This document shows, piece after piece, positions 18,298 to 27,855 of a DNA stretch of 64,000 bases (position 1 is the first letter of the stretch; each line of letters opens with the position of its first letter). A model generated the notes under the pieces. That model saw only the letters and a list, made by a program, of their open reading frames with translations. It searched no databases and was not told the origin of the DNA. A program made the position numbers and the translations under genes. Source of the stretch: Hadesarchaea archaeon (GTDB taxonomy: Archaea; Hadarchaeota; Hadarchaeia; Hadarchaeales; Hadarchaeaceae); assembly GCA_029259175.1 (NCBI GenBank), contig JAPDJH010000002.1:32001-96000 (forward strand), read 5' to 3'.

Positions 18298-19487
18298 AGC
18301 CATCCACGACTGCGCATGGTCTCGACCAAATTCTGTGTTGCCAATGCCAGAGCAGCCGTGCGCATGGAGACCTTGTGTTCGTCCGCAAACTCTAGCACGT
18401 GGTCGAAGGTCTCAGAGAGAATGGATCGGATGGTGTCAAAGGTTTCCTCCCGTTTGGTTCGCGTGCCGGACTTGCCCTTTCTCCACTCGTCGTAACTGGC
18501 GATAACACCTCCAGCGTTTGCCAAGATGTCCGGAACGACGGGGATTCGCCTTTTCGTCAGGATTTTGTCCCCTTCCGGAGTCGTGGGTGCGTTCGCGGCC
18601 TCGATCACCAGCCGGGCCCTGACCTCGGGCGCACTCTTAGTGTTGAGCACCGCACCTACAGCGGCTGGGATGAGCACGTCAACGTCTAGGCTTAAGAGCT
18701 GCTCGTTGGAAATCCGCTGGGCCTCGAATCCTTGCACACTGCCCGTTTGTTGCGCATGTTTTCTCAGTTCGACGATGTTCAAACCATTGGGATCGTACAG
18801 GCCTCCGCTTACATCTGAGACGCCCACGATCCGCGCCCCCCACTCCGAAAGAAACGTGCACAACCACGACCCGACGTTTCCGAATCCCTGCACCGCCACG
18901 GTGGTTTCTGACAGTTCCTTTTTCAGAAACTCGCGCACTGCACGCGCGGTGATGACGGCCACTCCGTACCCCGTGGCCTCGAGACGTCCCGGAAGCCCGC
19001 CGATCCCAACGGGTTTTCCTGTCACGCTTTCTCGGATGTGTGTTTCTGAGAAGATGTCGGCCATCTCGGAGGGCCCCGTTCCTAGGTCGGGCCCGGGCAC
19101 AAAGTTCCCAGAAGTCAGTTCGTACCGGAGTTCGTGGGCAAAGCCGTGCATGATCATTGATTTCGCTTCGCGTGACAATGTGCTTTCTGCGGCTATCCCG
19201 GCCTTGGCTCCACCGAAGGGCAAGTCCATGAGTGCGTTTTTGTAGGTCATGAGCTCCGCTAGCTGGATGGTCTCTTCCAGGGTCACGTGAGAACTCATTC
19301 GAACGCCCCCCTTGTAGGGAGGACCGCGCGCCGTGTTGTGATACACCACGAATACGTGCACAACGTGGTGTCCGGGCGGCAGATAGCGGCGGATCCGGAA
19401 GTGAATTACGCGGTCCGGTTCGCTTAACAGCTCGAGGGTTCGCTCTGGAGCGCCTATGAGATCGAGGATCTGAGAGTTGATGAGCAT
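18294..19487 (-). CDS. Glu/Leu/Phe/Val dehydrogenase
   Basis: YKGGVR, MTYK, GGAK, VTGKP, QGFGNVG, EAANAP, PDILANAGGV. Confidence 0.92.
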   Translation of the reverse strand: MLINSQILDLIGAPERTLELLSEPDRVIHFRIRRYLPPGHHVVHVFVVYHNTARGPPYKGGVRMSSHVTLEETIQLAELMTYKNALMDLPFGGAKAGIAAESTLSREAKSMIMHGFAHELRYELTSGNFVPGPDLGTGPSEMADIFSETHIRESVTGKPVGIGGLPGRLEATGYGVAVITARAVREFLKKELSETTVAVQGFGNVGSWLCTFLSEWGARIVGVSDVSGGLYDPNGLNIVELRKHAQQTGSVQGFEAQRISNEQLLSLDVDVLIPAAVGAVLNTKSAPEVRARLVIEAANAPTTPEGDKILTKRRIPVVPDILANAGGVIASYDEWRKGKSGTRTKREETFDTIRSILSETFDHVLEFADEHKVSMRTAALALATQNLVETMRSRGWL

Positions 19488-19574
19488 CAGTTCTGTATGG
19501 GTGAGTGTGACAAAATAAAGGTGGCGGTGTACACGCCAGTCAGATTTTTAGGCGGTTGGTCGAGGTTATTGTGC

Positions 19575-20402
19575 ATGGAGCGAGTTGCGGATCTGCATGT
19601 CCACACCACCTACTCCGACAGCATTTATTCGCCAGAGCAGGTTCTCAGGGTAGCGAAGGAGCGCGGTCTTGCGGCCATCGGGATCTGTGATCACGACTCG
19701 GTCAGCGGGATTGAAGAGGCGCTGGAGCTCGAGAGCCGATACGGGGTCGAAGTGGTTCCAGGGATTGAGTTGAGCACCGAATACCGCAACATGGAGGTTC
19801 ACATCTTGGGATACTTCATGGATTGGAATGATTTGCAGTTTCAGGCACTCTTGAAGACCATTCAGGAGGTGCGAAAGTGGAGGGCGGAGCTCATGGTCAC
19901 CAAACTCCGACAGCTGGGATTCAATCTGGAGTTCGAGGAGGTGCTGGCCGAGTCGGACAAGGGCGCGGTGGGCAGACCACACATCGCGAGGCTCATGGTC
20001 AAGAAGGGCTATGTGGCGACGATGGATGAGGTGTTCGAGAAGTACTTGAAGTACGGGGGGCCCGCTTACGTTCCGAAGTACAACATGCTGCCGGAGGAGG
20101 CGGTGCGGCTGGTGCGAAAGCTGAGGGGCATTCCGGTGCTGGCCCACCCGAAGTTTTCTCCTCTGAGTGAGGAAGAGATCGAGTACTTGATAAGCCAGGG
20201 GCTGAGGGGGATCGAGGCCTATCACGCACGGCACACTCCAGAGGAGGCACAGCAGTACGTGGCGCTCGCGGAAAAGTACGGATTGCTCATCACGGGGGGC
20301 AGCGACAGTCACGGAGAAGAGGATCCAATCGGGTGTGTGCGCCTGCCGTACGAGCACGTGCGCAGATTGAAGGAGGAGCGAAAGCGGATGGTGTTCGAGT
20401 GA
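19575..20402 (+). CDS. PHP-domain phosphoesterase
   Basis: DLHVHTTYSD, DHD, VHILGY, GRPHIA, AHP, GGSDSHG. Confidence 0.9.
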   Translation: MERVADLHVHTTYSDSIYSPEQVLRVAKERGLAAIGICDHDSVSGIEEALELESRYGVEVVPGIELSTEYRNMEVHILGYFMDWNDLQFQALLKTIQEVRKWRAELMVTKLRQLGFNLEFEEVLAESDKGAVGRPHIARLMVKKGYVATMDEVFEKYLKYGGPAYVPKYNMLPEEAVRLVRKLRGIPVLAHPKFSPLSEEEIEYLISQGLRGIEAYHARHTPEEAQQYVALAEKYGLLITGGSDSHGEEDPIGCVRLPYEHVRRLKEERKRMVFE

Positions 20403-21094
20403 GGGTACGGGCGAGGGCCGCCATTTTCGACCTCGACTGCACTCTGGTCGACACTCTGGAAAGATTTTTTGAGGTGTTCAACGAGTGTCTGAAGCGCAGG
20501 GGGCGCGGGGAGCTCGGCTGGGACGAGTTCTTCAAGCACTATGTGGACGATACCCTCGACGATGTGGTCGCCCCCTCGGGCACTTCAGACCGGGACCGCG
20601 TCCTCCACGAGTTCTGGATGGAGTTCCTGTGGAAATACCGGGAGGGGGATCCAAAGGCCAGGCTTATTCCCGGAGTACGGGAGGTTTTCGAGGAGCTCTG
20701 TCGTCGCGGTGTCCCCATAGCCGTTATCACGAGTTGCATTGTTCCGTTCGGGAAGGTGCGGGAGGAGCTGGACGCCCACGGAATTGGTGAGTTCGTTAAA
20801 GTCGTGGTTACGGCTCACGATGTGGTGCAGGAGCTCGAGCGCGGTCATCACTTCTCCAAGGTCGAGATTTTTCAGCTGGCTGCCGAGCGGCTTGGGGTGA
20901 GGCCCCAAGAGTGTGTGGTGGTGGGCGATTACTGGAATGACATCCGCGACGGGAAAAGGGTGGGTGCGCGCACGGTGGCGGTTCTCACGGGGCTGATGAG
21001 GCGTGAGCTGCTCGAGCGCTACGGGCCGGACGCAATAATTCCCTCAGTTAAAGAGCTGTTTGATGTGGTTCAGTTCGAGCCACCACAAGAGTAA
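20399..21094 (+). CDS. HAD-superfamily hydrolase
   Basis: FDLDCTLVD motif I, VVGDYWND motif IV; GTG overlaps the PHP stop. Confidence 0.88.
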   Translation: MRVRARAAIFDLDCTLVDTLERFFEVFNECLKRRGRGELGWDEFFKHYVDDTLDDVVAPSGTSDRDRVLHEFWMEFLWKYREGDPKARLIPGVREVFEELCRRGVPIAVITSCIVPFGKVREELDAHGIGEFVKVVVTAHDVVQELERGHHFSKVEIFQLAAERLGVRPQECVVVGDYWNDIRDGKRVGARTVAVLTGLMRRELLERYGPDAIIPSVKELFDVVQFEPPQE

Positions 21095-21122
21095 AAACTA
21101 GTGGAGTTCTTCTGGTGAATGG

Positions 21123-21461
21123 ATGCACATAGATGGCACGAGTTTCGGATCGATTACAATCGACGGAACCGTATACAATCACGATGTCTGGATTCGTGTA
21201 GACGGATCAGTGAAAAGGCGCGACCGCAATCACGAGTTCACGCTGGACGAGGCGTGGGAGCTGCTCGAGGGGGATCCGGAAATCATCGTGGTGGGCACGG
21301 GACAAGCCGGGCGTGTTCGGATCGAGGATGCGGTTGTTGAGGAGCTGCGAAAGCGTGGGGTTGAATTGGTGGCAGCTGAAACGCCCAAGGCCATCCTGTT
21401 TTTCAACGACGCGGTCCGGAAGGGAAGACGAGTTGCCGCAGCGCTTCACGTCACTTGCTGA
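21123..21461 (+). CDS. Mth938/DUF498 domain protein
   Basis: FGSITIDG, VGTGQAG, C-terminal HVTC. Confidence 0.88.
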   Translation: MHIDGTSFGSITIDGTVYNHDVWIRVDGSVKRRDRNHEFTLDEAWELLEGDPEIIVVGTGQAGRVRIEDAVVEELRKRGVELVAAETPKAILFFNDAVRKGRRVAAALHVTC

Positions 21462-21496
21462 ATTTCTCGATATTTAGAAAACGGCGGACTTACGCG

Positions 21497-22093
21497 CTAC
21501 TTCGAAAGCGCTTTCATCCCCAGCTCAAACGCCCTCGCGTTGGCATCGATGGTTTTCGGCGGGACGTTTTCCTTTATAGCCTCCTTCAGGACCTCGGCTG
21601 GAAACGGAAGCTTTCCCGTCGCCGCCAGAGCTCCGAGCATCACCGTGTTCGCAGTCCGAACATTGCCCGCCTCCTGCGCCAGCTTGGTGGCATCCAGCTT
21701 GATCAGCTTCCCCTTCAGCTTGCTGATCGCCTGCTCGATCTCCTCCATGCTCGGATACCGCGCCCTCCCTATGTTTACGTCCATCGGATACCACGGATGG
21801 ATGTTCGTTATCACCAACCCCCCGGGCTTCAGGAACTTCACAGCGTTCCGCAGCCCCTCCAGCGGCTCAACAGCCACTATGACGTCCGCCCCGTCGCACG
21901 GCACCAGCGGCCCTTCAACCGTTTTACCAATCCGCACATGGCTCGCCACCGCTCCTCCTCGCATAGCCGCCCCAAAGGTTTCTCCAACCCTGGCCCGCAG
22001 CCCTGCCTTGATGGCAGCGATCGCCACGATGTGTGAAGCCAGAATGCTTCCCTGACCTCCGACCCCCGCAATGATCAGGTTCAGCTCGCTCAC
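21497..22093 (-). CDS. iorB: Indolepyruvate:ferredoxin oxidoreductase beta-like subunit
   Basis: AGVGGQG, RGGAVASHVRIG, NTVMLGA. Confidence 0.85.
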   Translation of the reverse strand: MSELNLIIAGVGGQGSILASHIVAIAAIKAGLRARVGETFGAAMRGGAVASHVRIGKTVEGPLVPCDGADVIVAVEPLEGLRNAVKFLKPGGLVITNIHPWYPMDVNIGRARYPSMEEIEQAISKLKGKLIKLDATKLAQEAGNVRTANTVMLGALAATGKLPFPAEVLKEAIKENVPPKTIDANARAFELGMKALSK

Positions 22094-24066
22094 TCCTTCA
22101 CCTCCTCGATCGCCCCGAACGGGCACACCTGTTTGCACATCCCGCAGTTCACGCACAGAATCGGATCGATCCCCGCCTTCTTCCGCTCAGTGTCGAAGGT
22201 CGTAGCGGGACATCCAAAGCTCACACACAGCATACAGCCCGTGCACTTTTCCTCGTTGACCCGGGTCTGCTTAGCCCTCGGCTTGTACTGTTTCAGTCTC
22301 AGTGCCTGCAGAGTGCACACGCGCCTGCTCACCACTATCGCGAACTTGCCGCTTTGGATCGCCCGCTCAATGGTTTGCTGCGTGGCTTTCAGATCGTATG
22401 GATCCGTCACCTCCACGAACTCCACTCCGATGGCTTGCGCTATCCCCTCGATGCTCAGCTTCGCAGCCTCCTCCCCTGTGGCGGTGACCCCCGTGCACGG
22501 ATCCGGCTGGTGACCCGTCATCGCAGTCCAGTGGTTGTCCATCACCACGAACACGCCCTTCGCCTTATTGTACACCGCATTCACGATGGCTGGCAAGCAC
22601 GCATGGAAGTACGTGGAGTCTCCAGCTACAGCCACGAGCGCACCGTCTTTGTATCCCGCGTGGTGTTGCCCCTGCATGAGCCCGATACCTCCCCCCATGA
22701 TGTAGTTGGTGTCCAGCGTCTCATACGGCGCTTGGATGGGATAGGCCTTCGACTCGCTGGAATCGCTCGGCTCGTAGCGTTTTCCCGCAATGCCGTACCC
22801 TCCCTGTTCGTAACACCCGATATCCCCGTTTACTATGGGAACTTTTCCGCCAACCCGCTTCAGCGCCTGTTTCAGCGCCCAGTAGGTGCCCAGGTGCGGA
22901 CAACCGGCGCATAGTGTTGAGGACCGGGGCGCCACGAGCTTCTGGATCTCCTCCTTGATTTTTTCCCGTTCTTCGTCCTTCTCGAGTTCCATCCCGAGAG
23001 CCTTCGCTATGGATTGCTTGGCTATATCCGGGTTGAGCTCCCCCACCCGCGGGACGTGCCCGGTAAACCTCCCGAGCAACTCCACCCCCGGTGCCACATC
23101 TTTTGCCAGCGCCTTGACCTGCAGCTCGATCACGGGCTCGCCTTCTTCCACGACCAGCACGCGCTTCACCGATTTCAGGAGCTTGGACGTGAGCTGCTTG
23201 GCGACGGGCACCGGAGCCGCCAGTTTGAGAAAAGCAACTTTGTCTTCCACCCCCAGCAGCCGGAGAGCGTCTTTCGCAAAACTGGCAGCAATCCCGCTGG
23301 CGATTATCCCGAGCTCAGCCCCCTCGACCAGCTTGAGCTCGTTCCAGGGGAGTTTCTCGACGGCCTGCTCGATCTCAGCTTGTTTGGAGTGCAACCACCG
23401 GTGCTTCTCCACTGGGCCCGGCGGACCGTAGACGTTCCATCGCCACGCCATCCGCCAGTGCTTGTCAAAGACCGGTCGCCGCTCCGGGGCCTTGATGGGC
23501 CCAAGCTCGACATCACCGGATGCGTGCGATATCCGTGTGACCGACCTCAGAAAGACCGGAAGCTCCAGCTGCTCCGAGAGTTCGAACGCATACTTGCACA
23601 TGTCTTTCGCTTCCTGAGCATTGGAAGGCTCCAAACACGGGATCTCTCCATAGAACGCGGCGAAGCGGGTGTCCTGCTCGTTGGACGAGTAGTGCGCATC
23701 GGGATCATCAGCCACCGCTATTACAAACCCTCCCCGCACCCCTCCGTACACGAGCGTCATAAACATGTCCATCACCCAGTTGAGCCCAGCGTTCTTCATC
23801 GAGGTTATCGCCCGCACTCCCGTTATGGCGGCCCCAGCAGCGACCTCGAATGCAACTTTTTCATTGGTCGACCATTCCGCGTGAAAGCCCAGCTTCTGTG
23901 CCGCATCTGCGAGGGTTTCGAGAATCTCAGATGCTGGAGTCCCGGGATAGGAGGCGGCAACTTGGACTCCAGCCTCGATCGCGCCCCTCGCGATCGCTTG
24001 ATTACCCATCAGCAAAACGCGTTTTCCCGGAGCATCTTGCGTTATGAAGTCCGTGAGTTTGCCCAT
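22090..24066 (-). CDS. iorA: Indolepyruvate:ferredoxin oxidoreductase alpha-like subunit
   Basis: MGNQAIARG, YPGTP, NEKVAFE, LCAGCPH, DIGCY, GDSTYFH, TAMTGHQP, two C-terminal 4Fe-4S motifs. Confidence 0.9.
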   Translation of the reverse strand: MGKLTDFITQDAPGKRVLLMGNQAIARGAIEAGVQVAASYPGTPASEILETLADAAQKLGFHAEWSTNEKVAFEVAAGAAITGVRAITSMKNAGLNWVMDMFMTLVYGGVRGGFVIAVADDPDAHYSSNEQDTRFAAFYGEIPCLEPSNAQEAKDMCKYAFELSEQLELPVFLRSVTRISHASGDVELGPIKAPERRPVFDKHWRMAWRWNVYGPPGPVEKHRWLHSKQAEIEQAVEKLPWNELKLVEGAELGIIASGIAASFAKDALRLLGVEDKVAFLKLAAPVPVAKQLTSKLLKSVKRVLVVEEGEPVIELQVKALAKDVAPGVELLGRFTGHVPRVGELNPDIAKQSIAKALGMELEKDEEREKIKEEIQKLVAPRSSTLCAGCPHLGTYWALKQALKRVGGKVPIVNGDIGCYEQGGYGIAGKRYEPSDSSESKAYPIQAPYETLDTNYIMGGGIGLMQGQHHAGYKDGALVAVAGDSTYFHACLPAIVNAVYNKAKGVFVVMDNHWTAMTGHQPDPCTGVTATGEEAAKLSIEGIAQAIGVEFVEVTDPYDLKATQQTIERAIQSGKFAIVVSRRVCTLQALRLKQYKPRAKQTRVNEEKCTGCMLCVSFGCPATTFDTERKKAGIDPILCVNCGMCKQVCPFGAIEEVKE

Positions 24067-24086
24067 CGGCTCACCTTTTCATCATT

Positions 24087-25436
24087 TCATTGCTGGTTTA
24101 AATTTTTGCGTTTTGCGTACCGGTACATGGCGGCCAGAGCCTTTGCCCCGCGCACCGGATCGGAAAACACTGGTATGCGCTTTTCCGCGAGCTTTCTTTT
24201 TTCCTCCTCTTCTGCTCTGCCACCGCCCAGCATTACCGCGATCACCGGCTTTCCCTTCTTCAAGTGTTTTTCCACCACCTCTGCGATCCCGGGCATCGGA
24301 TCTCCCACAATCGCCAGAACCGAGTCGACCCCCTCCTCCCCCAGCAGGATTTCGAGAGCATCGTCGTACATCTGAGTCGTGGCGCTCCCAGTGAGATCCA
24401 GCGGATTCTTGAAAATGCACTGCGGCGGCAGCTTCTCTTTGAGCCTGTCGACGGTGGCGGACGAGAGATCCACGACTTCGAGCCCGCTCTCCTCGCACGT
24501 GTCCGTTGCCAGGATTCCGCATCCGCCGGAGCTTGTTATGATCACCGTCCGCGGCCCTCGTGGCAGCGGCAACATGGCCAGTGCTTTGCAGTAATCGTAG
24601 AGTTCCTCCACCGAGTACGCCCTTATCAGACCCGCTTGCTTGAACGCGGTGTCGAACACCTGATCCAGCCCCGCCAGCGTGCGCGTGTGCGACTGGGCCG
24701 CTTCCGCCCCCTTCTCCGTCCGCCCGCCTTTCAGCACAACCACCGGCTTGTTTTGTGCAACCTTGCCTGCAGCTTCCAGAAATCTTCGGCCATCACGCAC
24801 GCCCTCAATGTAGAGGGCGACAACCTTCGTTTGGTCGTCGTCCGCGAAGTACTCCAGCAGCTCCGTTTCGTCCACATCGCATTTGTTCCCGAGGGCCACT
24901 TGTTTCGACGTCCCTATTCCTTCGTCTTCAGCCCAACACCCGAGCGCAGCGAAGACAGTCCCGCTTTGAGAAACCACCGAGATCGGGCCGGAGAGCTTGA
25001 CCAGAGGCCAGCTGGCGCACAGCCTGGCAGGCATGCTGTTTATCCCCTGACAGTTGGGCCCAATCACTCTGACATTCGACTTTTTCGCCGTCTTCACGAG
25101 CTCCTGCTCCAGTTTTTCCCCATCCGGCCCGACCTCTCTGAACCCGCCGGAAATAATCACAGCAGCTTTGATCCCCTTCTGCCCGCACTCTTCTATCACC
25201 CTGTTCACAAACTTGGCGGGGACGACGATGATTGCCAGATCCACTTCCCCCGGGATCTGAGTAACCGAGGGATAGCATTTCAGCCCGAGGACTTCGTCGG
25301 CCTTTGGATTGATCGGATAGATCCCGCCCTCAAAACCCGCATCGATGATGTTGCGCAAAATCTCATGCCCCAGCTTGCCCGGCTCACGGGACGCGCCCAC
25401 TACCGCAACTCCTCGTGGCTGGAAGAACTCCTTCAT
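24087..25436 (-). CDS. acdA: ADP-forming acyl-CoA synthetase alpha subunit
   Basis: VAVVGAS, GPNCQG, SQSG, GNKCD, AQSHT phospho-His, NPLDLTG. Confidence 0.88.
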   Translation of the reverse strand: MKEFFQPRGVAVVGASREPGKLGHEILRNIIDAGFEGGIYPINPKADEVLGLKCYPSVTQIPGEVDLAIIVVPAKFVNRVIEECGQKGIKAAVIISGGFREVGPDGEKLEQELVKTAKKSNVRVIGPNCQGINSMPARLCASWPLVKLSGPISVVSQSGTVFAALGCWAEDEGIGTSKQVALGNKCDVDETELLEYFADDDQTKVVALYIEGVRDGRRFLEAAGKVAQNKPVVVLKGGRTEKGAEAAQSHTRTLAGLDQVFDTAFKQAGLIRAYSVEELYDYCKALAMLPLPRGPRTVIITSSGGCGILATDTCEESGLEVVDLSSATVDRLKEKLPPQCIFKNPLDLTGSATTQMYDDALEILLGEEGVDSVLAIVGDPMPGIAEVVEKHLKKGKPVIAVMLGGGRAEEEEKRKLAEKRIPVFSDPVRGAKALAAMYRYAKRKNLNQQ

Positions 25437-26836
25437 TCGATCACCGGCCAGTTGGGCCCGATTCTCAGTCCGCGTCTCGCATCGACTTCCGGCCCTACTC
25501 TGGAGGCCTCCTCGATCACTTTTTCCTCGTCTATGGTGAGTATTTTTCTTTTTTCCATCACGACTCGCCCGTCGATTATTACCGTTTCTACATCGCTCCC
25601 GTTTGCCGCGTATACCAGGGTGGACACCGGGTTGCGAACCGGCACGAGGTGCGATTTCCGCATGTTTACCACTATGACGTCGGCAAGCTTTCCGGGCTCG
25701 ATCGATCCCAGCTCATCGCCCCAAAGCGTGGCTTTCGCCCCGTTGACGGTGGCCATCTCCAACACGCGCTCGGCGGGCATGACGATGGGGTTCAACAAGC
25801 GAGCTTTGTGAATTATGGCTGCCAGCTTCATCTCTCGGATCATGTCGTAGCAGTCGTTGCTCGGACCCCCGTCGCACCCAAGCGCAACATTCACTCCCGC
25901 GTCCAGCATCTCGGGAATCGGGGCGAAGCCGGATGCCAGCTTCAAATTGGAGGCCGGACAGTGGCACACGGTGCCCCCCGTTTCACGCAAGATGGGGAAG
26001 TCTTCCGGTGGCATCCACACGCAGTGCACGTAGATCACCTTCACATCTGGACCCACCAAGTTGCAGTGTTTCATGAACTGCATGGGGGTCATACCAAACT
26101 CGTTGCGCATGTAGCGGATATCGTCCTGGACTTCTGCGAGGTGCAGCGTTATCCCCGTCTGGTACTTGCGGGCGTTTTCTCCGATCTCACGATAGTACTC
26201 CACCGTGGCTCCCCCCGGGGTGCGCGGCCCGAACCAGATGTGAATGCGATTGTTGGCCTTCCCGTGCCACCGTTTGATCATCTGGATGCACTGACGCATC
26301 GCCGTCTCTCCGTCCTCCCGCATGTCCGGATGGATCGCCTCCGGGAAGTCCGCGTATCCAGGGAGGTTCATGAGCTTCTTGCTTATGGCCCCCCTCATTC
26401 CCACTTCCTCCACGGCTCGAGGTACCTCGTCCAGACCGTACTTCCAGTGAAGACTGCTCTCCACGAAGCAAGTGGTACCGGATTTGATCATCTCGATGCA
26501 GCACAGCTTGGCGCTCAGCTCGCCCTCGCGGGGGGTGTAGCTTCCCTGGAGCGGGTGCACCCGCTTGGTCAGCCAATCGACAAGCGAGAGATCGTCCGCA
26601 CACCCCCGCAACAAAGCTTGGGCGAGGTGGACGTGACAGTCCACGAAGCCCGGCAGGATCAAGCGATGGGTACAATTGTATTCACGATCCGCGCGCGGAT
26701 ACTCCTTCACGATGTCAGAGGTTTTTCCGACAGCGACTATGCGGTTTCCATCGATGGCGACTGCGCCGTCCTTGATGATTTCGCGCCGTTCGTTCATGGT
26801 GATTACGGTACCGTGCTTGAGCAAGATGGAAACCAT
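25433..26836 (-). CDS. MtaD/SsnA/TrzA-type amidohydrolase (deaminase)
   Basis: PGFVDCHVH, HLAE, HCPASNLKLASG, LGCDG. Confidence 0.88.
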   Translation of the reverse strand: MVSILLKHGTVITMNERREIIKDGAVAIDGNRIVAVGKTSDIVKEYPRADREYNCTHRLILPGFVDCHVHLAQALLRGCADDLSLVDWLTKRVHPLQGSYTPREGELSAKLCCIEMIKSGTTCFVESSLHWKYGLDEVPRAVEEVGMRGAISKKLMNLPGYADFPEAIHPDMREDGETAMRQCIQMIKRWHGKANNRIHIWFGPRTPGGATVEYYREIGENARKYQTGITLHLAEVQDDIRYMRNEFGMTPMQFMKHCNLVGPDVKVIYVHCVWMPPEDFPILRETGGTVCHCPASNLKLASGFAPIPEMLDAGVNVALGCDGGPSNDCYDMIREMKLAAIIHKARLLNPIVMPAERVLEMATVNGAKATLWGDELGSIEPGKLADVIVVNMRKSHLVPVRNPVSTLVYAANGSDVETVIIDGRVVMEKRKILTIDEEKVIEEASRVGPEVDARRGLRIGPNWPVIE

Positions 26837-26916
26837 ATCAACCCCGTTAATAGACGAATCTCGCTTTAAAAAACTCTCGCCCCAAGTCCCGCGCGCTTCT
26901 GAAAATATTTCTAGAT

Positions 26917-27216
26917 CTAGAGGGGTTCTCTTCGAAACTTTGACCCGCAGATACTTTCGCCTACCCCTCTCCCCGAAACGGGCTTAAAGAGAGAGGTGGA
27001 ACCGCTTTACGGGATGCCCCGGGGCCAGTGACTCCAGTGCGCGCTTCTCGCACCGTCCGTGGCGCTCTGCGGGAAGCGGGATTGCGCGGGTCGACAGGCC
27101 CGGGGAAGAGGTTCCCGGAGCAGCGCTCCGGGAACGGGGCCGTGCGGGTTCCGGCCCTGAAGGCGGCCTAGAGCCGCTAACTTCGGAGGTCAGGGCTTCC
27201 GAAGAGAACCCTAGAG
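26917..27216 (+). repeat. Structured ~295-bp non-coding element, copy 2
   Basis: 72-nt block 27106-27177 identical to 16091-16162; GGGTTCTCTTCG/CGAAGAGAACCC terminal complementarity; CTAGAG direct repeats at 26917-26922 and 27211-27216. Confidence 0.85.
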
Positions 27217-27242
27217 AGAACACCGGAAATTGATGGGGTCAA

Positions 27243-27851
27243 ATGGAGCTCGTGCTCGTGGGCCGTTCCAACGTGGGCAAGTCCAGCCTGATCAGACGAT
27301 TAACCGGCCTGCGCGTCCGAGTGGGAAAACGTCCGGGCGTTACGCGCAGGACGAGACGATACCGATTGGATGGATTGGAAGTGGTGGACCTCCCCGGCTT
27401 TGGCTTCATGTCCGGCGTTCCAAGGGGGATCCAAGAAAGGATTAAAACTCAGCTTATCCGTTATCTCGAAAGTCACAGCAAGCGCATTGGAGTGGCAATA
27501 GAGGTCATCGACGCCCGCTCGTTCCCAGAGATAGTCGAGCGCTGGGAGCGCCGGGCCCAGATCCCTGTCGATGTGGAGTTCTTCCATTTTTTGAAAGACC
27601 TGCGCCTGGATCCGATCATAGCCGTGAACAAAATCGATTTGATATATCCGGACGAGCGCGACGATCTCTTGGACTTCATTTGTGAGCGAATGGACATGCT
27701 GCCTCCCTGGAGACAGTGGCTTGACGTGGTCGCGCCGGTGTCAGCGCGCACGGGTGAGGGGATTGCCCATCTCCGCCGGCTGATCGAAAAGAGGCTGCGA
27801 AAAAAGAAAATGGAGCACCTCATGAGGGTCTTCCGCAAGCGTAGCGGATAG
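27243..27851 (+). CDS. engB: GTP-binding protein EngB
   Basis: GRSNVGKSS, GKRPGVT, DLPGFGFM, NKID. Confidence 0.92.
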   Translation: MELVLVGRSNVGKSSLIRRLTGLRVRVGKRPGVTRRTRRYRLDGLEVVDLPGFGFMSGVPRGIQERIKTQLIRYLESHSKRIGVAIEVIDARSFPEIVERWERRAQIPVDVEFFHFLKDLRLDPIIAVNKIDLIYPDERDDLLDFICERMDMLPPWRQWLDVVAPVSARTGEGIAHLRRLIEKRLRKKKMEHLMRVFRKRSG

Positions 27852-27855
27852 CGAA

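Noticed and set aside
23014-26869. Three long + strand ORFs (453, 515 and 484 aa)
   Set aside because: Antisense shadows of iorA, acdA and the amidohydrolase, explained by G/C-ending codon bias; no motifs
26917-27216. Repeat element as SRP RNA, RNase P RNA, hammerhead ribozyme or group II intron remnant
   Set aside because: CAGGCCCGG..GAAG..GGAGCAGC only loosely recalls SRP helix 8 and is consumed by other stems; no RNase P GAGGAAAGUCC/ACAGAA pair, no ordered CUGANGA..GAAA core and no domain V seen on either strand
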